In this document: positions 1 to 14,285 of the stretch, one piece after another | How positions within the stretch are numbered: position 1 is the stretch's first letter | Layout: each line of letters starts with the position of its first letter | Assembly (NCBI GenBank): GCA_030265305.1 | Contig: JASAOG010000245.1 | Location: forward strand, 105,822 to 169,821 | Reading direction: 5' to 3' | DNA: 64,000 nt | Origin: Biomphalaria pfeifferi | Taxonomy: Eukaryota | Notes under the pieces: generated by a model | Database searches by the model: none | Seen by the model: the letters and a program-made list of their open reading frames with translations, nothing else | What the model was told of the DNA's origin: nothing | Position numbers and translations under genes: made by a program

Positions 1-1195
1 GTCGAGGTAAACTGATTTTTTTTGTGTGATTAATTATATCTGAACAAAATAAACTTCACACAACTCCCCCTTTTTAGACACAGTGCCTTATGAAACCGTA
101 GACCATATCCTCTTTGAATGTCCCTCCCTAATCCTCCTTAGGCAGACCCTACTTCCACTACAACCCAACGTAACCAATACCCTGTATGGCAGTACTGAAC
201 AACAGAAGAAAACAGCACACTATCTTTCCTTGGCACAGTCTGCAAAAGAGCTCACAGCTCAGCAGCAAAAAGCTGGCTAGAAGAAGAAGTGTGATTAAAG
301 ATCTCACTTTCTTTGTATATGAAAATGCCTGCGTAGTCCATCATATGCCAGTAAAGCTCATTACATTACTTGTAAAGCCCATTACATCCCTTGTATGGCC
401 CATTGCTTCTTGGGCATGCGTATATTCAAACTGATTGAGTTTGGTTTGTATTAGCTCTGAATTTCTTTGCTTGTTTTTTTTTTTCCTTTTCTGCTTCATG
501 GCTGGAAACTGGAAACAATTCTTTGCTCCATGACATCTACATAAGAGGCCAGAGTTCGTCTGTATGTAGACAACATTTTTAATATTCTTCAGAGTTTTTT
601 TGTTGAGAGGACAAAGAAATAAAAGCTTCATATGCATGGTGGTTATACATCCTTATTAGTTCAAGTAAAAATGAAATTATTACCAATATTAAAATAATTA
701 AATTAAGAGAAATTGTTTCAATTTTAAGATGTTTCGTTCATACTTTTTTGACAGCAAAAATTGATTCTAAACATTCTTTTGATAAAGAAAATGGCACTAG
801 GGAAGAACGAGCACTTGTTTGAATTTGTTCTAGCATATAAAGCTATTCTAGAGTCTGTACATCAGAATGTCCTACATCACTTTTGGCAAGGCCCACCTTT
901 TCTTAATTTTAAAACCTTAATTGATGGAATTCCAAAGAAAATGTAAAGGCCAAAAATATGCTTCTAAATTTTTCAAATATATATATATATCCTAAATATA
1001 TTGCTATTAGATTCTTTGACTCAGTGTTTCGAACAGTGGTTTTTGTTTGTCTGAGCTTTCTGAACCTTATAATTGTAATTAAATAATATTTAATGGCATC
1101 AGACTGTTGTATATTTCTACTGTAAATAGTACTTCAGGATACTGATCGTGTTTATGTCATGTTAGGTCAATTTTTTTTCTATTTTTACTTACTAG

Positions 1196-1405
<210 letters not shown>

Positions 1406-2296
1406 TAGCCATCTTTCTTCTGGCCAGATCATTTAAATATTGTTACATGAAAGTCCAATTGCTTCTTTTGCTGTATTCTGCTTTAAATAAGTGCAATGGC
1501 TACTTTTGATCTTCTGAAAGGGATTTCTTTTGTTTTGAAAATGAAATGTCCGAACTGTTTTTCATAGACATGCACCATAATTAAAACAAAGTAGTTTTTC
1601 TTTCTGGTATGAAAATTATTTATTGTATTGGTTGTCGTTCTTATGTTTACATGTGCCTGTAACTCATCCGTAAGAATGTGTTCACAAAATGTTGAGATGT
1701 GTGTTTTGTAGTCATTCAGTGTATTAAAGCCAGACTAAACTGGCTTGGTTTTCGACTCTGTTGTGTTACTCTGTTCGTAACTCTTACTTAGTACTGTTTT
1801 TTATCGAAACCAGTGTCATCATATTCAAGCATCTATTGTACTATAGATCTATGATGTTATAAAGCTCAATTTAGAACTGTAATGCAAACAAAGCAAAGGT
1901 TTAAATATTTCTATATTGATGTGGTTTTCCTAAGAATGCACTTTTGTAACACAATAAGCATTTTATATTGGCGTACATACAAACCATTTTTTAAGCGACA
2001 TCCTTTATCCACTTTCAATCAGATTCTTATTGTTTGTTTTTTACTGAATTTTTAGTTTTGTTTTTAACTCTAAAAATAGTTAAATATTTCTCCTACAATA
2101 CTTTGTCTTATTTAATAAAATGAAGTTTTTAAATGATTTTTTAAATAGAATTGATTTGGTTTTATAATTTGAAATAATTATTGTTTTTCATCTAATAGTT
2201 TGCAACATTTGGTTTGGTAAAAAAAAATTTATGGTAAAAGATTTTTTTGTTCCATTTAATGTTTTAAGTAATGTTTTCATCTATTGCGACTGACAG

Positions 2297-2371
2297 GCCT
2301 ATCTGACAAGTTCAATAAACCAGAAAGCTATCAACGAGCTTTGTTGCAGTACTCCAGAGCTGCTTCTCAGG
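2297..2371 (+). CDS. SEL1L: SEL1L-like coding exon
   Basis: Acceptor tgacag at 2291-2296 and donor G|GTAAGT at 2372. Encodes (G)LSDKFNKPESYQRALLQYSRAASQ(G); '...RAASQG' is conserved in SEL1L. Phase-consistent with flanking exons. Confidence 0.65.
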
Positions 2372-3748
2372 GTAAGTTGATCGGCTTATAAACATTAAGT
2401 CAAGTCTTGGGTGTGTGTAGCATTCTGAAAGGTTGTTATAAACAGTTACATTGCCACCACTTTTGCTTTTAATTTTTTTTCAATACATACAAACTCAAGA
2501 TCAGTGAGATGTACTCTTTCCTAAAGAATAGCAATCAATATTTTCTTCTATTCGTGTTCATGAATTTATTCCAGTATATTATTCTTTGTGTGACTGTTGG
2601 CCATGGCAGTTTCAGTTTTAGTTGATATGGGGACTTGATACTTTAAAATAAAAGACACAAATAACACAGTATTTCTTCTCCTCAGTGACCTTTTTTTATA
2701 TTAATAAAAAAAATGTGTTTATAGAAAAATAAGCATTGGTCTAAATTTACATCACACATACTGCTATACTTTAGTAATATTCCTTTATTATACAAACTTA
2801 TTTGCTAAATAGACTTCAGAGTGTAACTGCAGCATCCGAAGATCTTGTGAACTTTGTCGTTTTAAAATAATTTAATTTATAAGCGCAGTTAATGAACATA
2901 ATATAGGCTCAAAGCGCTATAATAACATAACAGACAAACACTCAAGGAGAAACTTATCTTAAAAAAAGTCTTGAACAGGGTAGATCTCTATGTTCTCCTT
3001 GACTTTTTAGTCTAGATTTGTGCTTGAAACGTTGATAGCCCTGCGTGCCAAGGTGTCAATGAAATAAATAAAAATTCTAAGTAATGATTATTAATTATTT
3101 TTGTGCAGGACTAGAATAGAATAAAAGAGAAGCCCAACAAAATATCAGAAAAATAAAACTATTTCTATCCACCCCACACACAAAAACAAATTTAATCAAA
3201 GCATAACAATAATGTAGAGAAAAAACAAACAACTCATGCCTACAGCGAGCCCTAAGAACCTCAACGAAAGGGATAGATCAAAACAGCAGTTTAATAATAG
3301 AATAATAGTCGGATCACAAATATGAATTAGAGTAATAACTTCACATGCCAAAATGATTCCATCTAAACTGCAAATAAAGAAAGCAAAAGTTCATTAAAAA
3401 CTAGAATTCCAAAGACAAATAAAAGCAACACTGTTCATCACATAGAAGAAGGTGCATCGAACACATTTAACACACAGGACTCTAAATATATGAAACTTTA
3501 AAAATACATCAATCTTTTTGAAACAAAAGGTAAGAGAGTGTTTGTCTAAGCTGCGAGAGCTCAATAGTCAGTTCTACATTGCCTTGTTTCAAACAAAATC
3601 AAGTTTTCATAAAGATTTGATTAAGGAAACACTTTTTATTTACTTTGAGTTAATTTTGTTAATGATATTATGTCATTAGACTCAGCTGAAGCTACTCATC
3701 ATGTCATAGCGTCCTATTTGATAAACTCTTGGATACATCATTTTATGA

Positions 3749-4036
<288 letters not shown>

Positions 4037-4745
4037 TGAAAATATTCAAGTTTTTGGTACACTGTTGTACAGGGGCCAAGTGGAGTTTTACTGGAAGTGT
4101 AAAAATAATATTTTAAACAATAATTTCAGCTGCATTAACAAACAGAATACAGATAACAGTTTTAAAAAAACTAGATTTAAAATAAATCTAAATAAATTTT
4201 GAATAGATAGTTCTTATTGTTCTTGTCACAGATGAATGTGTGTATACTCTATTTTTACTAATACATGTTAGTTGGAACGAATGCCACAATGACCAGAAGT
4301 GTGTTCGTTTTTAGACAAGGCCAGTGCGTGATATATGCTACGAAGAGTAATAAAGTGCTGTGTTCGTCTTGACCGAGTTATTAAATGTTTTTGTAATGAC
4401 AGCTGAAACCTTGTAGTTTCTATAGAGCTAGACACATTAGAAAACTGTAACAGTTCTTATTGAACGTAGTGAAACAAATTGTTTGTCTGGCCTCAGTGGG
4501 TAGCAAGTTCTAAACTTTTGGTTGTACAGAAAAGGCTATCGCCCATAGTTGGGATATATTGTAGTCAACTAAATACTGCTCTCAAGAGTTGGCAAGAATT
4601 AAAAGTTAATGAATAAAACTTTTGATATTGTTTATAATATACGATTAAATATTGATTACTCCAGACAAAAATGTCTCAGTTGTCAACTGAGCTTTTGTCA
4701 AACAGAAACCAGAAGGAGGTGTTAAAATATATTTCTTTCATTTGA

Positions 4746-5155
<410 letters not shown>

Positions 5156-5164
5156 TAACTCTAG

Positions 5165-5470
5165 GCCACTTTAACTTTACGTCACTCTTGACTTCATTGT
5201 ATGTCATTCTATTGTAGACCATTCTGAACCAAAAATAAGTCACTCTGACTCAACAGTGGATCACTCTAAACCAACTGGCCACTCTAACTTCATTGTAGGT
5301 CACTTTCAAATACTGGTCACTCTGACTCAAAAGTAGGCCACTCATACTCAAATCAATATCACTCTTACTTAGCAAAACTAAACTTAAGTTTAGTCAGACT
5401 CAACTGAAGCTCGCTCTGAACTAACTGTAGACTACTGTGACCTGATAGTAAGTCACAGTGACTTAGCTGC
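5165..5470. repeat. Cryptic degenerate tandem repeat (gtcactctgactcaa-type, about 21-30-bp unit) following the family C copy
   Basis: Repeated cactct.a.t.aa motifs read from the sequence. Confidence 0.5.
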
Positions 5471-5924
5471 AGCCTCAACTCTTTTTTTTTGTCATTGTAC
5501 CCATTAATTAGAGTTGAGTCACTCTAAAGATCTCAAAATTAAAAATCCCAGTCTTCAAACCCTGGACCCCTGGTTTGGAAGCTAAGCTCTTTACCACCCA
5601 CTATCACACCTCTGATTCACCAGAGGCTGTAGTATAGTTCCACAAATGTCAGTTACCTTAACATTTTTTGTGTTTTGTGGGCCTCACAAAATGTACTCCG
5701 CCTACATAGGTCTGTGCCACCAAATGACCTGAGGGATATGTCACCGTGTTTTCCCTACTTTCTGTTTTTATAATTAGTTTCTTGACTTTTCTGACATGTG
5801 TAATCCTACTTTAATTTACTTTTTTGACACTTTGACCAATACTATCAGTCTAATTCGTTTAAATACCTATAACTTCCTAGGTAAAAAAAAACAAGAGATG
5901 CCATTTACCCTTTTAATATAGTTT

Positions 5925-6097
5925 AGTGACTGCGTGGTCGTGCAGTTTGCGTTCTGGTCTGTCGTTTGGATTTATCGACTGTTGAGGGTTCAAACCCTGC
6001 CCTCTCCTATCCCCCATCGTCCTGCGGGAGGTTTGGACTAGGAAGTAAAGTATCTTCAACTCTGAAGGAACATCCGAAACATGTAAAACAAAACAAG
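5925..6097 (+). mobile_element. Interspersed repeat family A (about 170 bp, SINE-like with a tRNA-like T-loop ggttcaaaccc), copy 1
   Basis: Consensus ...gtcgtgcagtttgcg.ctgg.ctgtcgtt.ggatttatc.a.ggt..gggttcaaaccctgccc.ctcc.atcccccgt.g.cctgcgggaggtttggactaggaagtaa..tatcttcaactctgaaggaacatccgaaac.tgtaaaacaaaacaa. Seven copies in the window, all on the + strand. Confidence 0.75.
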
Positions 6098-6220
6098 TGA
6101 ATTCATTTCTCATAGACAGCATTTTTAATAAATTTTTTGACAGAATAGATTTTTGTTGTATTAATTGTGATACTTTTATCTTTTTCATTCTACCATGTTG
6201 TTGTCGTCTTCTTTTTGCAG

Positions 6221-6355
6221 TTTGAAGGCGTATCTGGATTATTAGAGCTATTGGATCCCGTCAATTACTTTGGTCCTGAGTGGGATCTTTATTTAGCATC
6301 TCTCATTGCTGTTCTATTTGGCATTATTTATATTTTACGCAGAAACGTAAGGTAA
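6221..6355 (+). CDS. SEL1L: SEL1L-like exon encoding the C-terminal transmembrane helix; ends either at in-frame TAA (6353-6355) or at a donor AAC|GTAAGG (6346/6347)
   Basis: Acceptor ctttttgcag at 6211-6220. Encodes FEGVSGLLELLDPVNYFGPEWDLYLASLIAVLFGIIYILRRN(VR*). LGPEWDLYL plus a hydrophobic helix matches the SEL1L TM segment. The sequence alone cannot decide between a terminal stop and a further splice. Confidence 0.65.
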   Translation, partial: FEGVSGLLELLDPVNYFGPEWDLYLASLIAVLFGIIYILRRNVR

Positions 6356-7919
6356 CATGGAGCTGACATTATGAAACTTACTTTATTTTCAAATTTCGCT
6401 GATAATAAAAATCCGCTATTTATATTTTTTCTAGGGAGTTACGTGTGATCTTGGAAGGGGTGTAATGTATTAACTTGATTTTGTATCGTCAACTAATTAT
6501 ATTGAAAATAGTCTCCTTCCGGCAACTTTAGTAAGGGAAATAATCATCCATAGAAAACTTGAACATGTCTATTTTTGTCAATCTTACAAAATGTTTAAAG
6601 TCATAAGTTGTTTTTTTTCGTGAAATTAATTTATCCATTTTTTTAAATATCCCATCGTGCAATTAAGATTCTAAACAATTTTGTTGCCTTAAAAAAAATG
6701 ACATCATTGAAACTTGTTCTGTAACAAAAAAATCCTTTTCGATTTTTTAAGCTCCCTATAAGTACTATTCCAATGAAATTGATACTTGTTGAAATCAAAG
6801 ACCAACTGGTCCAGTTCTACAGTGTAGTAGCTCATGGTTTTCACATCAGCCTAAAGTTGCAAGATAGGAGGTCAGAATTGGTTGAAATGACCTTCCTCTA
6901 CCTTACACAGACACACCACTCTGTCACTGCCATAACAAGATACAATCAAATAGTGGGAATAACTATTTAGATCCATTGCTGTCCATTAGACAGAGTTACC
7001 CTTTAAAAAAAAAAAAAATGTCGATGCTCTCCCCTTGATTGTCTTCCCTTTGAACTCTCAGAATTAGGTATTATGTTTTTTATAAAAACAATCTTGTTGA
7101 TTGCATTCTTGTGTTGTAGTTATCCCCCACCATTAGTTATGTAGAGTATATCTGTTCAATGTGTTTGAGAGATTATTACATTGGGCGGCTAGCCACATTA
7201 GATGGTTTGTTGCAAGCATTTAATGAGTATTGTGTGTCAGGTTATCAACATGACAGTTATTAGAAGGACTTCTGCTTCACTGCTATGCCCTGCTACAGGC
7301 GTGGGCAATCTTTGTGTAAATGGACTTTCAATTCGAAGAAGAGTTATGGGTATGTGCTAAATGTCATGTACAGTAGAGACCAACCAAACTATTCAGATGT
7401 TCAAGTTTAAGATGTGTAATGGGTTAATGAACATGTTTTTATTTTGTGTTTGTCTTGATGGGGAAGTTATTCCAGATTCAGTTAAGTGAAAGAATGTTAA
7501 ATAAATTGTGGATACATATAATTGTGTGTTGAGATAAAAGCATGGTTGGTCCATTTATTTGTCTAAATCTTATGTTAACAATAAGTGAATTGTTTCACTG
7601 AGAAAGTGATAGGAATCATTTGGTTATTGAGTCCCAGGTTCCTAGATCTGCTTTACCTGCAGTGTCTATAAACCTGCTAGGATATAAGTTGGTAGGGGTT
7701 TGGTGGAAGAAGTTGTAAGTCTTTAGTCCAATAGAAACCATTTCTTTACATACTGTTTAGTTTAATGGGGACTTGATGGCATTCCAGAGAACAGGAAAAG
7801 TCTGAACCTTTTGATTTCTCTGCCAAATTAGTTAATTGCTTCAAATAACATTGTGCCGAACTTTTTAAAAAAGATTGTACATTTCGAGGTTTAAAATAAT
7901 TTTATTTCAATCCTAGCAA

Positions 7920-8186
7920 ATGTATTTGTTATCCCTATGAGAGCTGTGAAAATGTCAACAGAAGTATTTGTTTTTGTTATCCCTATGAGAGCTGTGAAAA
8001 TGTCAACAGAAGTATTTGTTATCCCTATGAGAGCTGTGAAAATGTCAACAGAAATATTTGTTATCCCTATGAGAGCTGTGAAAATGTCAACAGAAGTATT
8101 TGTTATCCCTATGAGAGCTGTGAAAATGTCAACAGAAGTATTTGTTTTTGTTATCCCTATGAGAGCTGTGAAAATGTCACTGTATT
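7920..8186. repeat. Minisatellite, 42-bp unit (48 bp with a tttttg insertion), about 6 copies
   Basis: Unit ttatccctatgagagctgtgaaaatgtcaacagaagtatttg. The track ORF 7937-8188 is an artefact of the repeat. Confidence 0.9.
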
Positions 8187-9894
8187 GACCAGTCTAAAGC
8201 AATACAACTGGAGAAATACAATAACTAAAGATATTGGGTCACACTGACTTAGTTGTCTTTACTGGTTGGTAACTGAAGAAGGTTACATGGGACCAATTTT
8301 AATCCAGGAGGATTTCTTGTTTATTGTATTTCTTTAAATAGTTCTTTGCAACTTGCAGTGGTAACGTTTATATAATTTACTGTCGCTAGTTCCTATATAT
8401 ATCATTAGGTTTGTTGCTTCTTTTTAATATTACAATACTGTAAGCTTAACTCTTTCTCTCCTAATTGACGATACAAATATCAATTTGACTTCATTAAATT
8501 TATTTTTGGTTTTGTGAACATTAATTTGCATTGTGTAAAAAGAGCATGCAATCCTCTTTAATTCTAGACCAAAAAAAAAAAAAAAAAACATTTTCTGATA
8601 ATAAACAAAAAAAATTGAAGTTTAATCATAACAGGGTAGTGAAATACACATGTGCAAAATTAATAATTCCATTGCAACATAGAAAATAATTACGGAGAGA
8701 AAGAGTTAACAATTACAACATTTTTTTTTTAAATTAAATAATGTAAATTTAAGCAGAATTCACAAGAATACAGGAAAAAAGCCTATGTATTATTTCTTGA
8801 TAAAATTAGATGTCTGTTCACACTACAAACATCAATATTAAATGTATTTTACTGATATACCAGTAACATAAAAGACGAAATGTTATCAGTTATACCATTT
8901 TATCCCATGTGGTGATTACCTGGCATATTGCTGTAAGTCGCACAGTACTTATTAATTTGTTTCAAGTTAGAAAACATATTTCTTTATTAGACCAAAATAA
9001 GAATCAAAAATAAAAAATTTGGCTCGAATAATGGCTTGGCTTGAATAATGTTTTAATTTTTTTTTATTTGTACTTTAATCAGTAAATAAACTTACCTAAT
9101 TGAATGTATGTAGTTTGTTTATTTGAAGCTGGGTTAAACCCTCTACAAATAGCTTTGAATGCTTTCAACATGTAGATTGTGTTCAAATCATTGTGGTTCT
9201 AGTAATATGTGTGTGATGTTTGAATGTGCATTTGGTTGATAGGTGTGTGTTGTGTTTCCAGGTAGACTCGTGTTTGTATCCGAGTTTTGAGAGTTTGAAT
9301 AGGAGTTCATCTGTGATCTAATGTTATGATCAATTTTATTCAATAAATTTTTTTTTAAATTGGAATTTGTTTTTGTTTTTTCACTAATTTTAAAAGCTGT
9401 ATTCTACCATTATGTCTTGTAACTTCAAGCCAAAGTTTCCTATTCTCCTCATATGAAATGACACAATATTACCACATTTTGTTCAGAACATTGTTGCTAA
9501 AAAAATGTACCATACTTTATTGTAGTTTACAGCTCAACAAAATAATGACTCGTACATTTAAATATTTATTTATTTTACAATTATTTCTAGTGCATGATTC
9601 TAGGTTTAAATTATTCCCAATTAACTAGTGATAAAATATCTTGACTATGAGCATTCAACTTGACACATGAAATATCCATCTCTTATTAACCATGTTTATT
9701 AATGCTGCTCAGTAAGCTTACACTAAGATGAGGTGAAATGTTTTTCTTTTACTTACTGAATGGTGCATATGCATTTTGTTTTTATTTCAATTTCTTTCTA
9801 CGGTCAGACCTTTTTTTTTTTACAAACGTCTTTGAGAATATTTGTGTTGGTTCCTATTCAAACTCTCATGCTGGCCACATGAAAGCCTACTCGT

Positions 9895-9975
9895 TAACTG
9901 TGGGGCCAAAGAAACAGATGACCTAAACATCACCTGCCCTTTAGATCGCAAGGTCTGAAAAGGGGAACTTAACTT
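9895..9975 (+). mobile_element. Repeat family B, 3'-end fragment
   Basis: The segment ggccaaagaaacagatgacctaaacatcacctgccctttagatcgcaaggtctgaaaagggg matches the family B tail. Confidence 0.55.
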
Positions 9976-10192
9976 TTACATTGGGATTCAAACTTGAGCC
10001 TCTTTGTCAGGTAGCCAAGAGGTTAATGACTCTCAACTCCTTTCCCCCCCCCCCCCCCTTGAAATTTCAACTTACAACAATGAGCTCAAGATATTAGTTT
10101 CCCAGCTTTAGTAATATTCTGATGGACAGTAACACACAGAAGTCATCTACCAGCATCTAATACTAAGAAAAAATAATGGACTTCATATTTTA

Positions 10193-10701
10193 TCATAACT
10201 TTTTTTTATCCGTCCAATAAACAAAAAATTCTGTATCACTAGGAGACAAAAGTACTTGAAATGACCATGGGGAGAGTTGAGTCGTAGTAAAGTCCTCGGG
10301 CTTACAAAGTGTGTCACCAAAGCCAGAGCTACTCTCACAGCTCAATTCATCAACAGCATGGACAATGTTCTGGTTGTATGTTGCTAAGTCTGTTTTGTTC
10401 AAAAGTCTTCCTGCTGGTAAAATGAATTCTGGCCATTTGGTCTTGCCAGCCGAGGTTAATGCTGAACGGGGCAAGGGAGGTAACTGGATGCATGGTTCAG
10501 TGTTTGATTCAGGCAGTGGATGTGAGCTTTTGTGAGACTTGTCACACGACTGCTCTAAGAAGAGAAGTCTGCTGTCTGGGTCTTCGTCAGATATCTGCAG
10601 ATAGCGCCCACCTGGGGCTAACACACGCACCACTTCAGACATCATCAACTGTGTTTTGAGGTGGCCTCGACTTTTATCTTTTAATAGTGCATCCATAGTG
10701 C
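10193..10701 (-). CDS. Same methyltransferase gene, terminal coding exon (stop TGA at 10193-10195)
   Basis: Acceptor ttttttaaattacag, phase-matched so the junction reads ...IIVDKG|TMDALL.... Encodes MMSEVVRVLAPGGRYLQI (post-motif II/III, cf. EEF1AKMT4 VLSEVSRVLVPGGRFISM) followed by a low-complexity C-terminal tail. Confidence 0.7.
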
Positions 10702-10802
10702 CTGTAATTTAAAAAATATGATCAGCATTTTTATTAATTTTCCTTTGGAGGTTTTATTTTCCATGAAACAAACTAAATATAAGATAAGCCAAATAAGACA
10801 AA

Positions 10803-10975
10803 CTAAAAATAAGTGGTGGCTGAGTGGTAAAGTACTTGGCTTCAAAACTGATAGGTCCTGGGGTTGAACTCTGTTGAAGATTAGGATTTTTAATTTCGAG
10901 ATCTTTAGGGTGCCTCAGAGTCAACCCAGCTCTAACGGGTGCCTGACGTTAGTTAAAAGTAAAAAAGTAAAGTTT
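10803..10975 (+). mobile_element. Repeat family B, 5' part
   Basis: tRNA-like head aagtggtggctgagtggtaaag...ggggttgaactc plus body. Confidence 0.65.
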
Positions 10976-11235
10976 ACCTTTTAGACCTTTCGATCTATGG
11001 GGCAGATGATGTTAAGGTCATCTGTTTCTGTGGCCAATGGTTAACGAGCAGGGTGTCATGTGGCCAGCGCAACGACCAACCGCCTTTACTTTCCCCAACT
11101 AAAGTCAGGTACCCATTAGAGTTGGGTGGACTCAGGAGCGCCCTAAAAATCCTGAAATTCAAAATCCCAGTCTTCACAAACATTCGAACCCAGATTCAGA
11201 AGCCGAGCGCTTAACCACTCAGCCACAGCGCCCCT
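10975..11235 (-). mobile_element. Repeat family B, near-full copy (inverted)
   Basis: Reverse complement of the family B consensus. It ends ...agccgagcgcttaaccactcagccacagcgcccc, the head in reverse. Confidence 0.75.
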
Positions 11236-11395
11236 CTGACATTAGTTGGGGAAAAGTAAAGGCAGTTGGTTATTTTGCCGGCCAAATGACACCCTCATTA
11301 ACAATTGGCCACAGAAACAGATGACCTTTACACCATAAGCCCTAAGGATCGGAAGGTCTGAAAGAGGAACTTGAAAACATACAAGACATTTGGTC
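11236..11395 (+). mobile_element. Repeat family B, 3' part, forming an inverted repeat with 10975-11235
   Basis: The segment tgacattagttggggaaaagtaaaggc...ggccacagaaacagatgacc... is the reverse complement of 11000-11125. Confidence 0.7.
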
Positions 11396-12164
11396 TCCTA
11401 AAAAATGTTACAAAATTTTTATCAATGTACTTGTAACACTTGCTACATCATATTTAAGATACACATTTTTTTTTTTCTTTAGAAAAGAGAGATACACAAT
11501 TGAATGCTACCAAGGTAAACAGACCTCAAACTATGTCAGCCAATAAACAAACACATTTTTTTAATTGTCTTGAAAAATTCTAGTCTTCACAACATTTTAA
11601 TAAGATTTATTTCAAGGAAATATGAAACAAAAAAGTTTTCATAGAGCCCACGGGAAATCCATTTTGAGCTCCATGTGATTTTATTTTTGTACGTTATTTG
11701 TTCTTTAATCAAATATTGCTTTCCTAATCCATTTTATTTATCAATCTATTCTTTATTATTATTCTTTATTCTCTATGGCTAATTCTTCTTCCTCTTCGTT
11801 TTAATTTTTTTTTTTTTTTTATGTCTTTATGTCAGAGGGTTCAATTCAGTAATCCTATATAAGACGAACAGCTGTTTCCAAATCAGGCAGTTCTCCATAC
11901 AGTTTTTCTTCTGTGGGAGGGTTTCGGGGCCAATGTCGTGTTTGGGCCTATCATAGAGTACCATATGCAGCTTTGAAGGACATGATGAGCATTCTCAGAA
12001 AAGTTTTGCTAGTTATGGATAATAAATGGTAATATTTCCAACTAATTAATTAATTTAACTATGTATTTGTTTATTTTATATGTTTCTATACATATTTCAG
12101 AAATGAAGATTATTACATTCAAATCTACAACAGGACAGCAGTGTTCGAATGCAAGATCATAGTG

Positions 12165-12225
12165 ACAATAGTGTAGGATATAATGATCTTCAATTCCGAA
12201 CGAACATCCGAAACTTGTAAAACAA
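12165..12225 (+). mobile_element. Repeat family A, 3' 60-bp fragment
   Basis: The segment ...atcttcaattccgaacgaacatccgaaacttgtaaaacaaaaca matches the family A tail. Confidence 0.5.
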
Positions 12226-12270
12226 AACATTCTATTGCAATAGTAGTCAATAAGTTAAAATTTCCATTAC

Positions 12271-12552
12271 CTTTATCTACAATAATATTAAATGTGTCTG
12301 AAGCAATAGGCAATTTCTGAACATCTGCTACAAGGCCCACACAAGTAGATTCTTTCAGCAATGGCTTGCATTCCAACATTTTATTCAATTGGTAATTCAA
12401 AGCTTCTGGTATGAAATCCAGCAGGACTAGTGATGTAGCATGTGGACAGTTCATAAAAACTTTTGAAGACAATTCTGATGTCCCACAGCCCAGGTCTAGG
12501 TATGACAAGATGTTTCCTTTAACTTGTCTCTCTTTGGGCAGCTGAGTGGAAC
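12271..12552 (-). CDS. Same methyltransferase gene, exon with SAM-binding motif I
   Basis: Acceptor cttttttttttctgttaag and donor AAAG|GTAATG, phase-matched to 14286-14435. Encodes (R)STQLPKERQVKGNILSYLDLGCGTSELSSKVF...LVLLDFIPEAL...VGLVADVQKLPIASDTFNIIVDKG. The DLGCGTS glycine-rich motif I and the acidic residue ending beta-2 are present. Confidence 0.75.
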
Positions 12553-12674
12553 CTTAACAGAAAAAAAAAGTTATAATATTTGTGATTTGAAATTGTTATT
12601 ATATAAATGATGTATCACAGAATTTTTTTCATCTGCTTACTAAAAAGTAAAGTTACCCTTTCAGACCATACAGG

Positions 12675-12897
12675 GCAGATGATGTTAATGATGTTAAGGT
12701 TATCTGTTTCTTTGGCCATGGTTAACCAGCAGGGTATCATGTGGCCAGCACAATGAACCAACCACCTTTACTTTCCTAGGTGGACTCTAATAACGCCCTA
12801 AAAATCCCGAAATTCAAAATCCCAGTCTTTACCGAGATTCAAACCCAGGACCTCAAGTTCAGAAGCAATCACTTAACCACTCAGCCACCAAGCCCCC
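12675..12897 (-). mobile_element. Repeat family B copy
   Basis: Matches the family B consensus in reverse. Confidence 0.75.
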
Positions 12898-13349
12898 TTC
12901 ATTTGCTTAAGTACGGTATTGGGGAAATAAAACATAAAAGGAATAGAAATGAAAATTGTAACTTGAATGACACACTAAGTCTTTTTGTAACAAAGTTTCT
13001 AAAAAAATATATAAATAGAAATATATAGAATTGGAAACAGTAACAAAGAACGGTATGATTTCCTGACATGGACTCAACCTGTCTTCCGTCCATCAGAAAC
13101 ACTACTGACGACAAACTGAAGATAGCAGACAACAAATTGTTTGCAGGGAAATAGTGAAAAACAAATTTTAAGCCTTGCCCTACATGCCAGTCTCCCTGAT
13201 TGATGCCAAAACTATTCCAAACTGTAAAAAAAAAATCGGATGTATCCTTTGTCAAATTACTCAAGACAGCACTAACAAATCTCAACAACAGAAACCAAGA
13301 AACTATTCTGAAAAGAATCATAGCACACATACAAATTCAGGAAAAATGG

Positions 13350-13575
13350 TGGGAAGCGTGGTCGAGAGGCTAAGTGCGCTTGAACTTAGCTTGGCTTGGC
13401 TACCTAGACGGGGGCTCGAGGTTCAGAGGTGTGTTTACTGAGCGCCTAAAGGCAGCACGAAAAACAAACTCCTAGATACCCCCTCCCCCCCACTGGTCCA
13501 CAAATGAGATTGGACCAAAGCGCTTTGAGCATGCTATAAGCATGAAAGTAGCGCTATATAAAAGCTATAATATAA
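13350..13575 (+). mobile_element. Repeat family C copy
   Basis: Matches the family C consensus. Confidence 0.7.
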
Positions 13576-14285
13576 AAAATATTAATAAAACCGCTGACAA
13601 ACTGGTGAAAGATGTGGATTGACAAATGAATAAGAAATATCCCTTCATGAAGAAGAGGTGAAGAAGGCCATTACTTCAAACAAACATCCACACAAAAGTG
13701 ATAATTTTTTCTCCTGTAAGCTATTACACAACCACAATAATTTTTTACCTCTGGACAAAATTAGACAATAATGGGTGCCTTTGTTCAGCAACAAAATGTT
13801 GTATATCAATCTGGCCCAATCTGCATCAAAACCATAGATGCAAATAAACCTCTAAAGAAAATAATTCAAGAACAGCCTGAGTTGGAAATCACTGCATAGT
13901 TTTTGTTTTACAAGTTTGGAAGTTCCTTCAGAATGTAAGATTATTACATTCTAGCCCAAGTTTCTCTTCAGGATGGAGGGGGATGGTGGTGGGCAGTGTT
14001 CCAGCCTGGGTCCATCAAGGCACAGTCCAGATAGAACACCACATGCCCAAGCAGCCATCCATATTTGAGATAAAGACTAATTATATGACACTAACTAAAA
14101 TTAATAATAAAAATCAATGAATAGCAAAGATGGGTGCAGTGTTTCACATGACTATGCATACCCAGTTGTGACCTGCACATTTTACCGGATATCAAGCAGA
14201 CAAAGCCATTGTCCACTAGCAGTCTAATATATTATAATAAATTTACTCTTTTCATTATTTACATCAAGCAAGAAAATTAACTTAC

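Noticed and set aside
7937-8188. 83-aa ORF with a repetitive peptide (MRAVKMSTEVFV...)
   Set aside because: It lies entirely within the 42/48-bp minisatellite. The periodic peptide is an artefact of the tandem repeat.
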